DNA of 64,000 bases from Gammaproteobacteria bacterium (GTDB lineage Bacteria; Pseudomonadota; Gammaproteobacteria; Magnimaribacterales; AG-339-G14). The notes beneath the pieces were generated by a model that was given only the letters and a program-made list of their open reading frames with translations, was not told the origin of the DNA and searched no databases. This document shows positions 40,187 to 51,191 of the stretch, piece after piece; position 1 is the stretch's first letter, and every line of letters starts with the position of its first letter. Made by a program: the position numbers and the translations under genes. The DNA lies in contig JAYQJB010000002.1 in assembly GCA_038141925.1 (NCBI GenBank), positions 377,443 through 441,442 on the forward strand, given 5' to 3'.

Positions 40187-42301
40187 ATGTCTACAAGAAA
40201 AGTTCCTTTAAACTTATATAGAAATATTGGCATTTGCGCGCACGTCGATGCCGGAAAGACCACAACAACTGAAAGAGTGCTTTTCTACACTGGAATATCT
40301 CACAAAATAGGTGAAGTTCATGATGGCGCTGCCACAATGGATTGGATGGAACAAGAACAAGAGAGAGGTATTACAATTACTTCAGCTGCTACGACTTGTT
40401 TTTGGAAAGGTATGAGGAGTCAATTTAATGAACATAGAATTAATATAATCGATACCCCTGGACACGTTGATTTTACGATTGAAGTAGAAAGATCTTTAAG
40501 AGTTTTGGATGGTGCTGTAGTTGTTTTTTGCGGAAGCTCTGGCGTAGAACCTCAATCAGAAACTGTTTGGAGGCAGGCAAACAGATACAAAGTTCCTAGA
40601 ATAGCTTTTGTAAATAAAATGGATAGAGCCGGAGCTGACTTTTTAAGAGTTGTTGGCCAAATTAAAGATAGGTTAGGCGCTGCTCCTGTTCCGATACAAC
40701 TTCCTATAGGTGCAGAAGATGATTTCAAAGGAATCATTGATTTGATGAGAATGAAAGCTCTTTACTGGGATGGAGACGATATGGGAACATCTTATAGAGA
40801 AGAAGATATTCCATCAGACCTTCTTGATCAGTCAAATGAATATAGAGAAGCGATGCTTGAGTCAGTTGCAGAAGCAAGTGAAGAATTAATGGAAAAATAT
40901 CTGGAAAACGGCGACTTAACTCTTGAAGAAATAATTCAAGGTATCAGGATTAGAACTTTGAATAATGAAATTGTTCCTACTATATGTGGTTCTGCCTTTA
41001 AGAATAAAGGTGTTCAACCAATGTTGGATTGTGTAATTGATTTTCTTCCTTCGCCAGACGAAGTAGAAGCAATACAAGGTATTTTGGAAGATGAGGAAAC
41101 GACTGACCAAAGATCATCCAGTGATGAAGAGCCTTTTTCTGCTTTGGCCTTTAAAATTGCTACAGATCCTTTTGTTGGGACTTTAACATTTGTTAGAGTT
41201 TATTCAGGTGTTTTAAATTCTGGAGACGCCGTTTATTCCCCTGCAAAAAGATCCAAAGAGAGAATTGGAAGAATGCTTCAGATGCATGCAAACAATAGAA
41301 GTGAAATATCAGAAGTAAGAGCAGGAGACATAGCTGCAGTCATTGGTTTAAAAGACGTAACAACAGGAGATACTTTATGTGATCTTAAAAAACCAATTAT
41401 CCTTGAAAAAATGACTTTCCCTGAGCCTGTTATTTCAGTTGCGGTTGAACCTAAAACAAAAACAGATCAAGAAAAGATGTCAACAGCCTTAGGAAGACTT
41501 GCTCAAGAAGATCCATCTTTTAGAGTGAATTCTGATGAAGAGTCGGGTCAGACAATTATTTCAGGTATGGGAGAACTTCATCTAGATGTACTTGTCGATA
41601 GAATGAAGAGGGAATTTGATGTTGAAGCTAACATCGGTAAACCTCAAGTAGCATACCGAGAAACAATTAAGAAAGATGTTGAATCTGAAGGAAAATTTGT
41701 CAGACAATCTGGAGGAAAGGGTCAATACGGTCATGTTTGGTTAAAAATAGAGCCCTTAGCAGAAGCTGAAAAAGAAGATGAAAATGAAGTATTTCAGTTT
41801 GTGAATAAAATTGTTGGAGGAACCATTCCAAGAGAATTCATTCCAGCCGTCGAAAAAGGCGCTTTCGAACAAATGCAATCAGGAATATTAGGCGGTTTTC
41901 CTTTGATCGATGTAAAAGTAACGGTTTATGATGGATCTTTTCATGATGTGGATTCTTCAGAAATTGCTTTTAAAGTTGCCTCTTCGATGGCTTTAAAAGA
42001 TGGAGCATTAAAAGCTAATCCAGTTATCCTTGAACCAATCATGAAGCTGGAAGTTGTAACTCCTGAAGAGTATATGGGTGACGTTGTTGGAGATTTGAAT
42101 CGAAGAAGAGGAATAGTCCAAGGCATGAATGACATTCATGCTGGAAAGGTTCTGGATGGAGAAGTTCCTCTTGCAGAAATGTTTGGTTATGCAACTGATC
42201 TAAGGTCTGCTACTCAAGGAAGAGCAACTTTCACCATGGAACCTTTGAAGTATTCAGAAGTCCCTGCAAACGTTGCAGAAGCACTTATAAATAAAGGTTA
42301 A
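40187..42301 (+). CDS. fusA: elongation factor G
   Basis: 704 aa. [24 protein letters not shown]. Confidence 0.99.
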   Translation: MSTRKVPLNLYRNIGICAHVDAGKTTTTERVLFYTGISHKIGEVHDGAATMDWMEQEQERGITITSAATTCFWKGMRSQFNEHRINIIDTPGHVDFTIEVERSLRVLDGAVVVFCGSSGVEPQSETVWRQANRYKVPRIAFVNKMDRAGADFLRVVGQIKDRLGAAPVPIQLPIGAEDDFKGIIDLMRMKALYWDGDDMGTSYREEDIPSDLLDQSNEYREAMLESVAEASEELMEKYLENGDLTLEEIIQGIRIRTLNNEIVPTICGSAFKNKGVQPMLDCVIDFLPSPDEVEAIQGILEDEETTDQRSSSDEEPFSALAFKIATDPFVGTLTFVRVYSGVLNSGDAVYSPAKRSKERIGRMLQMHANNRSEISEVRAGDIAAVIGLKDVTTGDTLCDLKKPIILEKMTFPEPVISVAVEPKTKTDQEKMSTALGRLAQEDPSFRVNSDEESGQTIISGMGELHLDVLVDRMKREFDVEANIGKPQVAYRETIKKDVESEGKFVRQSGGKGQYGHVWLKIEPLAEAEKEDENEVFQFVNKIVGGTIPREFIPAVEKGAFEQMQSGILGGFPLIDVKVTVYDGSFHDVDSSEIAFKVASSMALKDGALKANPVILEPIMKLEVVTPEEYMGDVVGDLNRRRGIVQGMNDIHAGKVLDGEVPLAEMFGYATDLRSATQGRATFTMEPLKYSEVPANVAEALINKG

Positions 42302-42308
42302 TTTCTTA

Positions 42309-42337
42309 TTGACAGTCTCCAAGGGCAGGCATAGAAT
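42309..42337 (+). promoter_or_regulatory. candidate S10-operon promoter (TTGACA, 17-nt spacer, TAGAAT)
   Basis: TTGACA at 42309-42314, 17-nt spacer, TAGAAT at 42332-42337, starting 8 nt after the fusA stop. Confidence 0.55.
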
Positions 42338-42344
42338 TGCCGCT

Positions 42345-42380
42345 CTTTTGCATATTTATATGTAAAAGACCGATTTTTTT
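42345..42380 (+). promoter_or_regulatory. S10 leader hairpin plus T7 run (attenuator-like)
   Basis: CTTTTGCATA-tttа-TATGTAAAAG-type stem of about 10 bp (42345-42368), followed 5 nt later by TTTTTTT (42374-42380). It lies in the leader upstream of rpsJ. Confidence 0.35.
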
Positions 42381-42424
42381 CGGAACGTTCTTTAAAAATT
42401 TTGTTGTTTAAATAGAGGTAAGCT

Positions 42425-42745
42425 TTGCAAAGCCAAAATATAAGAATTCGTCTAAAAGCTTTTGATAACAAGCTGATAGATAAGTCTGCAAAAGAAATTG
42501 TAGAGACTGTAAAAAGAACTGGTGCAGTTGTAAAAGGGCCTATTCCTATGCCTGTTAGAAAAAGGCAAACAACAATTTTAATTTCTCCCCATAAAGACAA
42601 GGATGCTCGTGATCAATACGAGATTAGAACTTACAAACGTATCATGGACATAATCAAACCTACTGAAAAAACAGTAGATGCACTCATGAAACTAGATCTT
42701 TCTGCTGGTGTAGACGTACAAATATCTCTGGATGAACTCAACTAG
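42425..42745 (+). CDS. rpsJ: 30S ribosomal protein S10 (TTG start)
   Basis: 106 aa. [19 protein letters not shown] aligns residue for residue with the E. coli S10 N-terminus, so the TTG at 42425 is the start. AGAGG Shine-Dalgarno at 42414-42418. Confidence 0.97.
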   Translation: MQSQNIRIRLKAFDNKLIDKSAKEIVETVKRTGAVVKGPIPMPVRKRQTTILISPHKDKDARDQYEIRTYKRIMDIIKPTEKTVDALMKLDLSAGVDVQISLDELN

Positions 42746-42748
42746 AAA

Positions 42749-43388
42749 ATGATTGGATTAATTGCAAGAAAAGAAGGAATGAGCAGGGTTTTCACTGATG
42801 AAGGGAAGTCTGTTCCTGTTACGGTTTTGAAAATTCATTCAAACGTTGTTTCTCAGATTAAAACTTCTGAAAAAGATGGTTACGATGCTATCCAAATATC
42901 AGCAGTAGAGCAATCGGAAAAAAATCAATCCAAAGCTGAAATAGGTCATTTGAAAAAAAACAACATTTCCTTCAAAAAACTTTCTCAAGAGTTTTCCTTA
43001 AAAATAAGTGAAGAAGAAAATCTTGATATAGGCTCTGAAATAAAGGTCGATATTTTTGAGGAAGGCCAATTTGTAGATGTAATAGGAACGACAAAGGGAA
43101 AAGGCTTTGCGGGTACGGTTAAAAGATGGAATTTTGCAACTCAAGACGCTACTCATGGAAACTCTCTTGCTCACAGAAAACCAGGTTCAATTGGACAATG
43201 TCAAACTCCTGGAAGAGTTTGGAAAGGAAAAAAAAATGTCAGGACACATGGGCAACGTAAGACAAACTACACAAAATTTAAAAGTCCAAAAAATTGATAT
43301 GGAAAATAATTTTATTTTAATCAAGGGAGCTGTTCCTGGTCCAAATGGATCAGAAGTAACCATTAAACCGGCAACTAAAAAAACATGA
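42749..43388 (+). CDS. rplC: 50S ribosomal protein L3; one frame break at an A9 run
   Basis: [46 protein letters not shown] continues in the next frame as [17 protein letters not shown]...[13 protein letters not shown]. The break is at the A-run 43228-43236. Length is a multiple of 3 plus 1. Confidence 0.95.
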
Positions 43389-43999
43389 AATTACCTTTTT
43401 TAAAATCTTCTAAAACAACTGAGGCTGAAGTTTCAGAAAAAATCTTTGGAGTTGAGATAAATAAAGATCTTATCGCTCAACTTATAAAAATCTATATTGA
43501 AAATAGCCATCCTGGGACAAAGGCTCAAAAAAACAGATCTGCTGTAAGAGGAGGTGGAAAAAAACCTTGGCGCCAAAAGGGAACAGGAAGAGCTAGGGCA
43601 GGAACATCTAGAAGTCCTCTCTGGCGTGGTGGAGGAGTTGTATTTCCTGCTTCAACTAAGTCAGCAAAACCAAAAAAACTTAACAAGAAAATGTATAAAT
43701 CTGCCATGCGATCCATTTTTTCGTCTCTTGCAAAAGAAAATAGAGTTTTTTTGTCCGACCAAATAAATATAGAAAATCCAAAGACTAAGGATTTTGTAGA
43801 TTTTCTAAAGAAAAATGAACTTAAAGAAGGCCTGTTTATTGTTGACGAAATTTCAAACAATCTTAGTTTAGCTTCAAGAAACTTACCAAATGTGAATGTA
43901 ACCAATTTGAATACTTTGAATCCTATTAACTTATTGAAGTTTAACTCAGTAGTGATTGCAGAAAATTGTCTTAACCTTATTGAAGAGAAATTATCGTGA
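43385..43999 (+). CDS. rplD: 50S ribosomal protein L4
   Basis: 204 aa. [30 protein letters not shown]. Confidence 0.98.
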   Translation: MKLPFLKSSKTTEAEVSEKIFGVEINKDLIAQLIKIYIENSHPGTKAQKNRSAVRGGGKKPWRQKGTGRARAGTSRSPLWRGGGVVFPASTKSAKPKKLNKKMYKSAMRSIFSSLAKENRVFLSDQINIENPKTKDFVDFLKKNELKEGLFIVDEISNNLSLASRNLPNVNVTNLNTLNPINLLKFNSVVIAENCLNLIEEKLS

Positions 44000-44298
44000 G
44001 CAATATTATTCCCAACAAAATTATCGAATCAGCTTTAGTTTCTGAGAAATCTTCTTTGGTTGGACAAAACGCAAATACATACGTATTTAAAGTGAATACT
44101 TCTGCAACAAAAAATCAAGTGAAAAAAGCTATAGAAGCAAAATTTGATGTAAATGTTACGAAGGTGAATATTTTGAATGTTAAAGGGAAGACAAAACGAA
44201 TGATGAATCTAAAAGGGAAGATTAGAAAAAAATCTGATTGGAAAAAAGCTTACGTTTCATTAAAACCAGAACAACGAATAGAGATTATTCAAGAATAA
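43996..44298 (+). CDS. rplW: 50S ribosomal protein L23 (GTG start)
   Basis: 100 aa. ALVSEKSS..., [19 protein letters not shown]. Confidence 0.96.
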   Translation: MSNIIPNKIIESALVSEKSSLVGQNANTYVFKVNTSATKNQVKKAIEAKFDVNVTKVNILNVKGKTKRMMNLKGKIRKKSDWKKAYVSLKPEQRIEIIQE

Positions 44299-44299
44299 A

Positions 44300-45124
44300 A
44301 TGGCAGTAGTAAAGGCAAAACCAACATCACCAGGAAGAAGATTTAGAAGCCTTCAAACTGGAAAAGATTTATACAAAGGCAGGCCTTTGTCTTCACTTGT
44401 AACTAAGAAAAGTAAAACTGGCGGTAGAAATAATGCGGGAAGAATCACAACACGCCACATTGGTGGGGGACATAAGCAACACTATAGGATTATTGATTTC
44501 AAAAGGATCAAGGATAATATCCCCGCAAAGGTAGAGAGAATCGAATATGATCCCAACAGGTCAGCATATATAGCTTTATTGCTTTATAACGACGGGGAAA
44601 GAAGATACATAATTGCCCCTAAAAACCTAAAAGTAAATGATCAGGTAATTTCTGGAGAAAAGGCATCGGTAAATGTCGGAAATACCCTGGTTTTAAAAGA
44701 TATCCCTGTTGGAACAATTCTTCACTGTGTGGAGCTGAAACCAGGAAAAGGAGCACAACTCGCCAGAAGTGCAGGTACCTATGTACAGTTTGTTGCTAAA
44801 GAAGGTCAATACGCAACTCTAAGACTTAAAAGCGGTGAGGTTAGAAAGGTTTTGACTGAATGCAGAGCAACAATTGGAGAAGTCTCAAATCAAGAACATT
44901 CTTTAAAATCTTTTGGTAAAGCTGGTGCAAAAAGATGGATTGGAGTGAGACCCACAGTTAGAGGAGTAGCAATGAACCCCATTGATCATCCTCATGGAGG
45001 TGGTGAGGGAAAAACATCTGGAGGAAGACATCCTGTTTCTCCATGGGGAGTTCCTACTAAAGGATACAGAACAAGAAGCAATAAAAGAACAGATTCACTG
45101 ATTGTTAGGAGAAGGAAGAAGTAA
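44300..45124 (+). CDS. rplB: 50S ribosomal protein L2
   Basis: 274 aa. [30 protein letters not shown]. Confidence 0.99.
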   Translation: MAVVKAKPTSPGRRFRSLQTGKDLYKGRPLSSLVTKKSKTGGRNNAGRITTRHIGGGHKQHYRIIDFKRIKDNIPAKVERIEYDPNRSAYIALLLYNDGERRYIIAPKNLKVNDQVISGEKASVNVGNTLVLKDIPVGTILHCVELKPGKGAQLARSAGTYVQFVAKEGQYATLRLKSGEVRKVLTECRATIGEVSNQEHSLKSFGKAGAKRWIGVRPTVRGVAMNPIDHPHGGGEGKTSGGRHPVSPWGVPTKGYRTRSNKRTDSLIVRRRKK

Positions 45125-45396
45125 TGGTTAGATCGGTAAAAAAAGGTCCTTTTGTAGATCATCATCTTGAAGAAAAAGTTCAAAAGGCGATTGAAGAAAA
45201 GAGCAAAAGACCAATCAAAACTTGGTCAAGGAGATCAATGATTACACCCGAAATGGTGAACTTGACTATTGCAGTCCACAATGGCCGCGCTCACGTACCA
45301 ATTCTGATCAAAGAGGACATGGTTGGACATAAGTTAGGAGAATTTGTCCCAACAAGAACATTCAAAATGCATTCAGGAGATAGACAAGCGGGTTAA
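45124..45396 (+). CDS. rpsS: 30S ribosomal protein S19
   Basis: 90 aa. [23 protein letters not shown]. Confidence 0.99.
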   Translation: MVRSVKKGPFVDHHLEEKVQKAIEEKSKRPIKTWSRRSMITPEMVNLTIAVHNGRAHVPILIKEDMVGHKLGEFVPTRTFKMHSGDRQAG

Positions 45397-45398
45397 TT

Positions 45399-45740
45399 AT
45401 GACTGAAGTAAAAGCAAAGCTTAGTAGATTAACTGTTTCACCTTACAAAGTAAGGTTGGTAGCTGATCAAATTAGAGGAAAGAGGGTTGAAGAGGCTATA
45501 GACATATTATCTTTCAGCAAGAAATCTTCTGCATCAAATGTACTAAAGCTTTTGGAGTCAGCAATTGCAAATGCTGAAAACAATAAAGGTTTGGATATCG
45601 ACGATCTTTTTGTTTCAGAAATCAAAGTTGATGAATCTTTTATTCTTAAAAGAATCCAAGCAAGAGCTAGGGGAAGAGCAGACAGAATTCAAAAACGCAG
45701 TTGTCATGTCAACATAACTTTAGGGAGTGAAAAAAACTAA
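45399..45740 (+). CDS. rplV: 50S ribosomal protein L22
   Basis: 113 aa. [39 protein letters not shown]. Confidence 0.98.
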   Translation: MTEVKAKLSRLTVSPYKVRLVADQIRGKRVEEAIDILSFSKKSSASNVLKLLESAIANAENNKGLDIDDLFVSEIKVDESFILKRIQARARGRADRIQKRSCHVNITLGSEKN

Positions 45741-46391
45741 ATGGGACAAAAAGTAAACCCGATAGGAATTCGATTAGGGATTTCTCGAAAGCACAACTCA
45801 ACTTGGTATGCTGAAAAAGATAAGTATCAAGAACTCTTGCTTAATGATTTCGCTGTCAGAGAGTTTCTAAAAAAAGAACTTGATAATTCTTTTGTAAGCA
45901 AAATTGAAATTGAACGTCCTTCACAAAGTGGAAAAGTAACCATTCATACTTCAAGACCAGGAATGATCATTGGAAAAAAAGGTGAGGACATAGATCGTTT
46001 AAGGGATGAGCTTACAAAGTTAATGGAAGTTCCAGTTAGCTTAAATATACAAGAGATAAGAAAACCTGATTTAGATGCTCAACTGGTTGCTGCAAATATT
46101 GCGGTTCAACTTGAAAGACGAGCAATGTTTAGAAGGGTTATTAAAAGAGCTGCACAAAATACTATGCGTCAAGGCGCTCAAGGAGTAAAAGTTAGAGTTG
46201 CAGGAAGATTAGGGGGCGCAGAAATAGCGAGAGCTGAATGGCATAAAGAGGGGAGAGTACCTCTTCATACTCTTAGAGCAGATATAGATTATGGTCTTGC
46301 AGAAGCAAAAACAACTTATGGAATCATTGGAGTAAAAGTTTGGATTTGTAGAGGTGAAATATCTACTAAACCTAAAAAAACTGATAACTAA
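45741..46391 (+). CDS. rpsC: 30S ribosomal protein S3
   Basis: 216 aa. [14 protein letters not shown], the KH domain, [13 protein letters not shown]. Confidence 0.99.
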   Translation: MGQKVNPIGIRLGISRKHNSTWYAEKDKYQELLLNDFAVREFLKKELDNSFVSKIEIERPSQSGKVTIHTSRPGMIIGKKGEDIDRLRDELTKLMEVPVSLNIQEIRKPDLDAQLVAANIAVQLERRAMFRRVIKRAAQNTMRQGAQGVKVRVAGRLGGAEIARAEWHKEGRVPLHTLRADIDYGLAEAKTTYGIIGVKVWICRGEISTKPKKTDN

Positions 46392-46396
46392 AAATT

Positions 46397-46811
46397 ATGT
46401 TTCAACCCAAAAGAACAAAATATAGAAAACAAATGAAGGGTCGCAATAGAGGTCTTGCCCAAAAGGGTAATTCTTTAGATTTCGGTGCCTTCGGTCTCAA
46501 AGCCACGTCCCGAGGACAAATTACTTCAAGACAAATTGAGGCTGCAAGAAGAGCTATGACAAGACATGTAAAGAGGGGAGCAAAAATTTGGATAAGAATC
46601 TTCCCCGACAAGCCAATTACAAAAAAAACCTCTTGAAGTTAGACAAGGTAAAGGTAAGGGAAATGTTGAGTATTGGGTTTGTCCTATAAAACCAGGAAGA
46701 ATTCTCTATGAGATGGAAGGTGTTGATGAATCAATTGCAAGAGAAGCCCTAACATTAGCAGCTGCAAAATTACCCGTTGGAACAAAATTTGTTCAGAGGA
46801 GATCGGTTTAA
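46397..46811 (+). CDS. rplP: 50S ribosomal protein L16; one frame break at an A8 run
   Basis: [19 protein letters not shown]...[14 protein letters not shown] continues in the next frame as [28 protein letters not shown]. The break is at the A-run 46621-46628. Length is a multiple of 3 plus 1. Confidence 0.95.
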
Positions 46812-46981
46812 TGGCAAAGAAAAAGGCAAACTTATCTGAAATTGAAAAACTCAATATGGAGTATTTAGATTTGAAATTAAAAAACAGTTCGGGCTCGCTT
46901 AAAGAGACTCACAAACTATCGGAATTAAGAAAAGACATAGCTAGATTAAAAACCAAAGAAAGAATAGGAATAGAAAAATGA
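46811..46981 (+). CDS. rpmC: 50S ribosomal protein L29
   Basis: 56-aa ORF, below the track cutoff: [53 protein letters not shown] and ATGA overlaps with its neighbours. Correct slot between rplP and rpsQ. Confidence 0.9.
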   Translation: MAKKKANLSEIEKLNMEYLDLKLKNSSGSLKETHKLSELRKDIARLKTKERIGIEK

Positions 46982-47241
46982 GTGAAGTAATTGAAAGAAC
47001 TTTGGTTGGGTCAGTTGTTAGTATTTCTGGAGATAAGTCTAGGGTAGCTCTTATTCAGAGAAGCGTTAAACATAAAACATTAGGAAAAATTATAAAACGG
47101 TCGTCAAAAATTAGTTTCCATGATGAAGATAATTCTAGCAATTTAGGAGACAAGGTAAAAATTATGGAATGCAAGCCTTACTCAAAATCCAAATCTTGGA
47201 AACTTATCGAAGTGCTTAGAGTATTTGAGGGGGTTGAATAA
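46978..47241 (+). CDS. rpsQ: 30S ribosomal protein S17
   Basis: 87 aa. [41 protein letters not shown]. Confidence 0.97.
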   Translation: MSEVIERTLVGSVVSISGDKSRVALIQRSVKHKTLGKIIKRSSKISFHDEDNSSNLGDKVKIMECKPYSKSKSWKLIEVLRVFEGVE

Positions 47242-47243
47242 AA

Positions 47244-47612
47244 ATGATTCAAACTCAGACCATTTTAGAAATTGCAGATAACAGTGGAGCAAGGAAAGTT
47301 ATGTGTATAAAAGTTCTTGGTGGCTCGAAAAGAAGATACGCTCGAGTTGGTGACATTATCAAAGTCGCCATAAAAGAAGCTATTCCAACTGGAAGAGTAA
47401 AAAAAGGTCAGGTTGCTGAAGCTGTCGTAGTTAGAACTAAAAAGGATATTAAAAGAGAAGACGGTTCTAGCATAAGATTTGATGATAATGCAGCAGTCTT
47501 AGTTAATACACAAAAACAGCCGATTGGCACTAGAATTTTCGGACCTGTATCTAGAGAACTAAGAAGTAAAGATTTCATGAGAATTATTTCTCTTGCTCCG
47601 GAGGTCATTTAA
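47244..47612 (+). CDS. rplN: 50S ribosomal protein L14
   Basis: 122 aa. [28 protein letters not shown]. Confidence 0.99.
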   Translation: MIQTQTILEIADNSGARKVMCIKVLGGSKRRYARVGDIIKVAIKEAIPTGRVKKGQVAEAVVVRTKKDIKREDGSSIRFDDNAAVLVNTQKQPIGTRIFGPVSRELRSKDFMRIISLAPEVI

Positions 47613-47614
47613 TT

Positions 47615-47927
47615 ATGAAAAAACTTAGAACCGGAGATGAGGTTATTGTGATATCTGGAAAAGATACAGGAAAAACTGGAACTCTTTCTAAATTTATCTC
47701 AGAAACAAAATGCATTGTTTCTGGAGTTAAAATTGTTAAAAAACATCAGAAGCCTAACCCTCAACTCAATATTCAAGGGGGAATTCTTGAAAAAGAATCA
47801 CCAATTGATGTTTCTAATTTAGCTATCTACAACAAGAAATCAAAAAAAGCAGACAAAATTAATATTGAAATTAAAAAAAGATAAAAAAATAAGAGTATTT
47901 AAATCGGATGGAAAAGAAATCAAATGA
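47615..47927 (+). CDS. rplX: 50S ribosomal protein L24; one frame break at an A7 run
   Basis: [16 protein letters not shown]...KKHQKPNP, then the C-terminus [15 protein letters not shown] is read in the next frame. It ends in an ATGA overlap with rplE. The break is at 47873-47879. Length is a multiple of 3 plus 1. Confidence 0.93.
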
Positions 47928-48472
47928 GCACTTCAATTTTAAAGAAAACTTATCTTGAAAAGGCAGTTCCAAACTTAAAGGAATCTTTAGGTTTTAAGTC
48001 AAATATGGCAGTACCTAAAATTACTAAAGTAACTCTTAACATGGGTCTGGGCCCCGATGCAGTAAACGACAGAAAAGTTATTGATACTGCAATCGAAGAT
48101 CTAAGACTCATTTCTGGTCAGCAGCCAGTTAAAACGCTTGTAAGAAAGTCAGTAGCAAGTTTTAAAATTAGAGATGGCTATCCTATAGGCTGCAAAGTAA
48201 CCCTAAGAGGGGAAAGAATGTACGATTTTCTAGACAGACTCTTGAATATCGCAATTCCAAGAGAAAGAGATTTCAGAGGACTTAGCGTCAAGTCTTTTGA
48301 TGGACAAGGTAATTACACCATGGGAATAAAAGAGCATATTATTTTCCCGGAAATTGATTATGACAAAGTTCAAAAAATCAGAGGTATGGATATAAGCATT
48401 ACTACTTCTGCAAGAAATGATGAAGAAGGCTTGTCCTTACTTAAAGAACTAAATTTTCCATTTGTTAGCTGA
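47924..48472 (+). CDS. rplE: 50S ribosomal protein L5
   Basis: 182 aa. [38 protein letters not shown]. Confidence 0.99.
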   Translation: MSTSILKKTYLEKAVPNLKESLGFKSNMAVPKITKVTLNMGLGPDAVNDRKVIDTAIEDLRLISGQQPVKTLVRKSVASFKIRDGYPIGCKVTLRGERMYDFLDRLLNIAIPRERDFRGLSVKSFDGQGNYTMGIKEHIIFPEIDYDKVQKIRGMDISITTSARNDEEGLSLLKELNFPFVS

Positions 48473-48481
48473 GGTAAAAAA

Positions 48482-48787
48482 ATGGCAAAAAAATCAATGA
48501 TAGCAAGAGAAATAAAGAGACAAAAAACAGTTGAACGCTTTGCTGCTAAAAGGGCAGAGCTAAAAAAGATAATTGCCGATTCTCAAGCTTCTGATGAAGA
48601 TAAGTTTGCTGCTAGAGAGAAATTGCAAAAACTTCCAAGAGATGCAAATCCAATTCGTCTTCAAAGAAGATGTCAAATAACAGGAAGACCTCATGCTGTA
48701 TACAGAAAATTTGGTCTTTCAAGAAATAAATTAAGAGAATTAGCAATGAGAGGAGATGTCCCAGGATTAGTAAAATCAAGCTGGTAA
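48482..48787 (+). CDS. rpsN: 30S ribosomal protein S14
   Basis: 101 aa. [47 protein letters not shown]. Confidence 0.99.
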   Translation: MAKKSMIAREIKRQKTVERFAAKRAELKKIIADSQASDEDKFAAREKLQKLPRDANPIRLQRRCQITGRPHAVYRKFGLSRNKLRELAMRGDVPGLVKSSW

Positions 48788-48792
48788 GAATT

Positions 48793-49189
48793 ATGAGTAT
48801 GCAAGATCCAATTTCAGACATGATAGCAAGAGTTAAAAATGCTCAATCTAGAGGTCATAAAGAAGTACTTCTTGAGCTCCTCTAAAATTAAGTTCGGTAT
48901 ATGCAAGGTTCTCGAATCAGAAGGTTATATTAAAAAAGTCGAGCTAGTAGGAGAACAGCCCAAGCAGGAAATTAAAATTACTCTTAAATATTTCGAGGAT
49001 TTACCTGTTATTAAAGAATTTGACAGAGCAAGCAAACCAGGGCTTCGCAAATACTTTTCCTTTGATCAAATTCCACCTGTTAAAGGAGGTTTGGGTACAG
49101 CCATCATGACAACCAGTAAGGGAATCATTACCAGCGATCAAGCAAAAAAAGAAAAAGTGGGTGGCGAACTAATCTGTACGGTATTTTAA
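48793..49189 (+). CDS. rpsH: 30S ribosomal protein S8; one frame break
   Basis: MSMQDPISDMIARVKNAQSRGHKEV (ATG at 48793) continues in another frame as SSSKIKFGICKVLESEGYIKK...GGELICTVF. The break is near 48860-48880 and is not at a long homopolymer. Length is a multiple of 3 plus 1. Confidence 0.93.
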
Positions 49190-49191
49190 AA

Positions 49192-49731
49192 ATGGCAAGA
49201 AATATAAATAGAAAATTACTTCTTTCTGATGGTGCAAAAGCGTCAATAGCTGAAGACGTTCTATCGATTTCTGGAGCAAAGGGAGAGCTTTCTCTAAATG
49301 TGCATGATACTGTTAAAGTTTCTTTAGAAGAGGATTCAATTCTCTTCAATCCAAAAGACTTAGAGGACAAAACCTCTATTTCAATGACAAGTACCATGAG
49401 ATCTCTTACTTTGAATATGATAGAAGGTGTCACTAAAGGTTTTGAAAAAAAACTTGAAATTAATGGCGTCGGTTACAGGGTAAAAGTATCAGGAGCAAAT
49501 CTTGAACTCTCGCTTGGCTATTCTCATCCAATTAACTACAAACTGCCTGATGGAGTTACTGCTGAAGCTCCTACCAATACAGAATTAGTGTTGACATCTA
49601 CTAACAAACAACTCCTAGGCGATACAGCCTCAGAGATAAGAGCTTTTAGACCTCCAGAACCTTACAAAGGAAAGGGAGTTAAATATTCCGATGAACATAT
49701 AAAAAGAAAAGAATCTAAGAAAACCGCCTAA
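49192..49731 (+). CDS. rplF: 50S ribosomal protein L6
   Basis: 179 aa. GVGYRVKVSGANLELSLGYSHPINY, PEPYKGKGVKY. Confidence 0.98.
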   Translation: MARNINRKLLLSDGAKASIAEDVLSISGAKGELSLNVHDTVKVSLEEDSILFNPKDLEDKTSISMTSTMRSLTLNMIEGVTKGFEKKLEINGVGYRVKVSGANLELSLGYSHPINYKLPDGVTAEAPTNTELVLTSTNKQLLGDTASEIRAFRPPEPYKGKGVKYSDEHIKRKESKKTA

Positions 49732-49732
49732 G

Positions 49733-50081
49733 ATGAAAAAGATTGAAGCAAGAAATAGAAGAGCAAAAAAACTAAGAAGTCTCTCTGAAGGCCTTAATGT
49801 TAATAGACTTAGCTATATTTAGATCTGCAAAACATATATATGCACAAGTTTTTTCAGTTGATGGAAAACAAATACTTGCGCAGGCTTCCTCACTAGATAA
49901 AGAGTTAAAAGCTACCAACGGAGGAAACGTTGATGCAGCTGAGAAGGTCGGAGAATTAGTTGCAAAAAGGGCAATTGAGCAAGGGATTAAAAAAGTTACT
50001 TTTGATAGGTCTGGCTATAAATATCATGGAAGAGTGAAGTCTCTTGCTGATGGTGCTAGGTCTCAGGGATTAGAATTTTAG
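49733..50081 (+). CDS. rplR: 50S ribosomal protein L18; one frame break
   Basis: [26 protein letters not shown] (ATG at 49733) continues in another frame as [14 protein letters not shown]...[20 protein letters not shown]. The break is near 49810. Length is a multiple of 3 plus 1. Confidence 0.93.
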
Positions 50082-50089
50082 AGAAGAAT

Positions 50090-50572
50090 ATGGAAGAAAA
50101 TTTTGAACAAACCACTGAAGTTTTAGAAGAAAAACTAGTTGGCGTAAACAGAGTTGCCAAAGTTGTTAAAGGAGGAAGACTATTTGGTTTTACTGCCTTA
50201 ACTGTAGTAGGTGACGGAAAGGGAAAAGTTGGATTTGGTAGAGGAAAAGCACGGGAAGTGCCAATAGCAATTCAAAAAGCATTAGAAAGTGCTAGAAGAA
50301 ATATGGTTAATGTCGACCTTAACGGATCAACTATTCATTACGCAGTTAAAGCTAAACATGGATCGGCAACTGTTTACATGCAGCCTGCTTCACCCGGTAC
50401 AGGAATTATAGCTGGAGGAGCAATGCGAGCAGTCTTAGAGCTTGCTGGCGTAAAAGACGTATTAGCTAAATCATATGGCTCGACAAATCAAATTAATGTT
50501 GTAAGAGCTACATTCAAAGGCTTATCGGAAATAGAATCACCAGAAAAAGTTGCATTAAGAAGATCAAAATAA
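50090..50572 (+). CDS. rpsE: 30S ribosomal protein S5
   Basis: 160 aa. [32 protein letters not shown]. Confidence 0.99.
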   Translation: MEENFEQTTEVLEEKLVGVNRVAKVVKGGRLFGFTALTVVGDGKGKVGFGRGKAREVPIAIQKALESARRNMVNVDLNGSTIHYAVKAKHGSATVYMQPASPGTGIIAGGAMRAVLELAGVKDVLAKSYGSTNQINVVRATFKGLSEIESPEKVALRRSK

Positions 50573-50574
50573 TT

Positions 50575-50763
50575 ATGGCTGAAGAAAAAATAATTTCTGT
50601 AAAACAAATTAGAAGTGTTACTGGCTCTAAAAGAAATCAGAGACTCTCTTTAAAGGGATTGGGCTTAAAAAAAATCAATCATGTTGTGCAAGTTAAAAAC
50701 ACAAAAGAAAATCTTGACATGATAAACAAATGCAGGCATTTAATAGAGGTAATTGAAGAATAA
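50575..50763 (+). CDS. rpmD: 50S ribosomal protein L30
   Basis: 62 aa. VKQIRSVTGSKRNQRLSLKGLGLKKINH. Confidence 0.96.
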   Translation: MAEEKIISVKQIRSVTGSKRNQRLSLKGLGLKKINHVVQVKNTKENLDMINKCRHLIEVIEE

Positions 50764-51191
50764 TGAAGCTTAATGAATTAAATCCTAATTTAAAAAATAA
50801 ACCCACTAAAAGAGTTGGCCGAGGAGCAGGTTCTGGCTTAGGCAAAACTTCTGGTAAAGGGCATAAAGGTCAAAAAGCAAGATCTGGTGGAAAGGTTCGT
50901 CCTGGATTTGAAGGCGGGCAAATGCCAATTCAACAAAGATTACCTAAATTTGGTTTTACCTCTAGATCATCAAAATATAAAACACATATCAAGCTTGGTG
51001 ATTTAAACAATTTATCTGAGGACGTTATAGATTTAGATGTTTTAAAGGCAAATAAACTGATTTCAAGAATAACAAGGGAAGTTAAAGTAATTAATTCTGG
51101 TGAGTTAAAAAAAGCTATCAAAATAAAAGGTCTAAAAATTTCAAAAACTGCTTCAGAAGAAGTTAAAAAATCTGGAGGCGAGGTAGGTTAA
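50763..51191 (+). CDS. rplO: 50S ribosomal protein L15
   Basis: 142 aa. RVGRGAGSGLGKTSGKGHKGQKARSGG. Confidence 0.98.
   Translation: MKLNELNPNLKNKPTKRVGRGAGSGLGKTSGKGHKGQKARSGGKVRPGFEGGQMPIQQRLPKFGFTSRSSKYKTHIKLGDLNNLSEDVIDLDVLKANKLISRITREVKVINSGELKKAIKIKGLKISKTASEEVKKSGGEVG

Noticed and set aside
43228-43236. A9, A8 and A7 runs in rplC, rplP and rplX as programmed ribosomal or transcriptional slippage sites.
   Set aside because: I know of no precedent for these genes. The same kind of break occurs at non-slippery positions (rpsH, rplR) and in unrelated genes. A sequencing-error explanation covers all cases.
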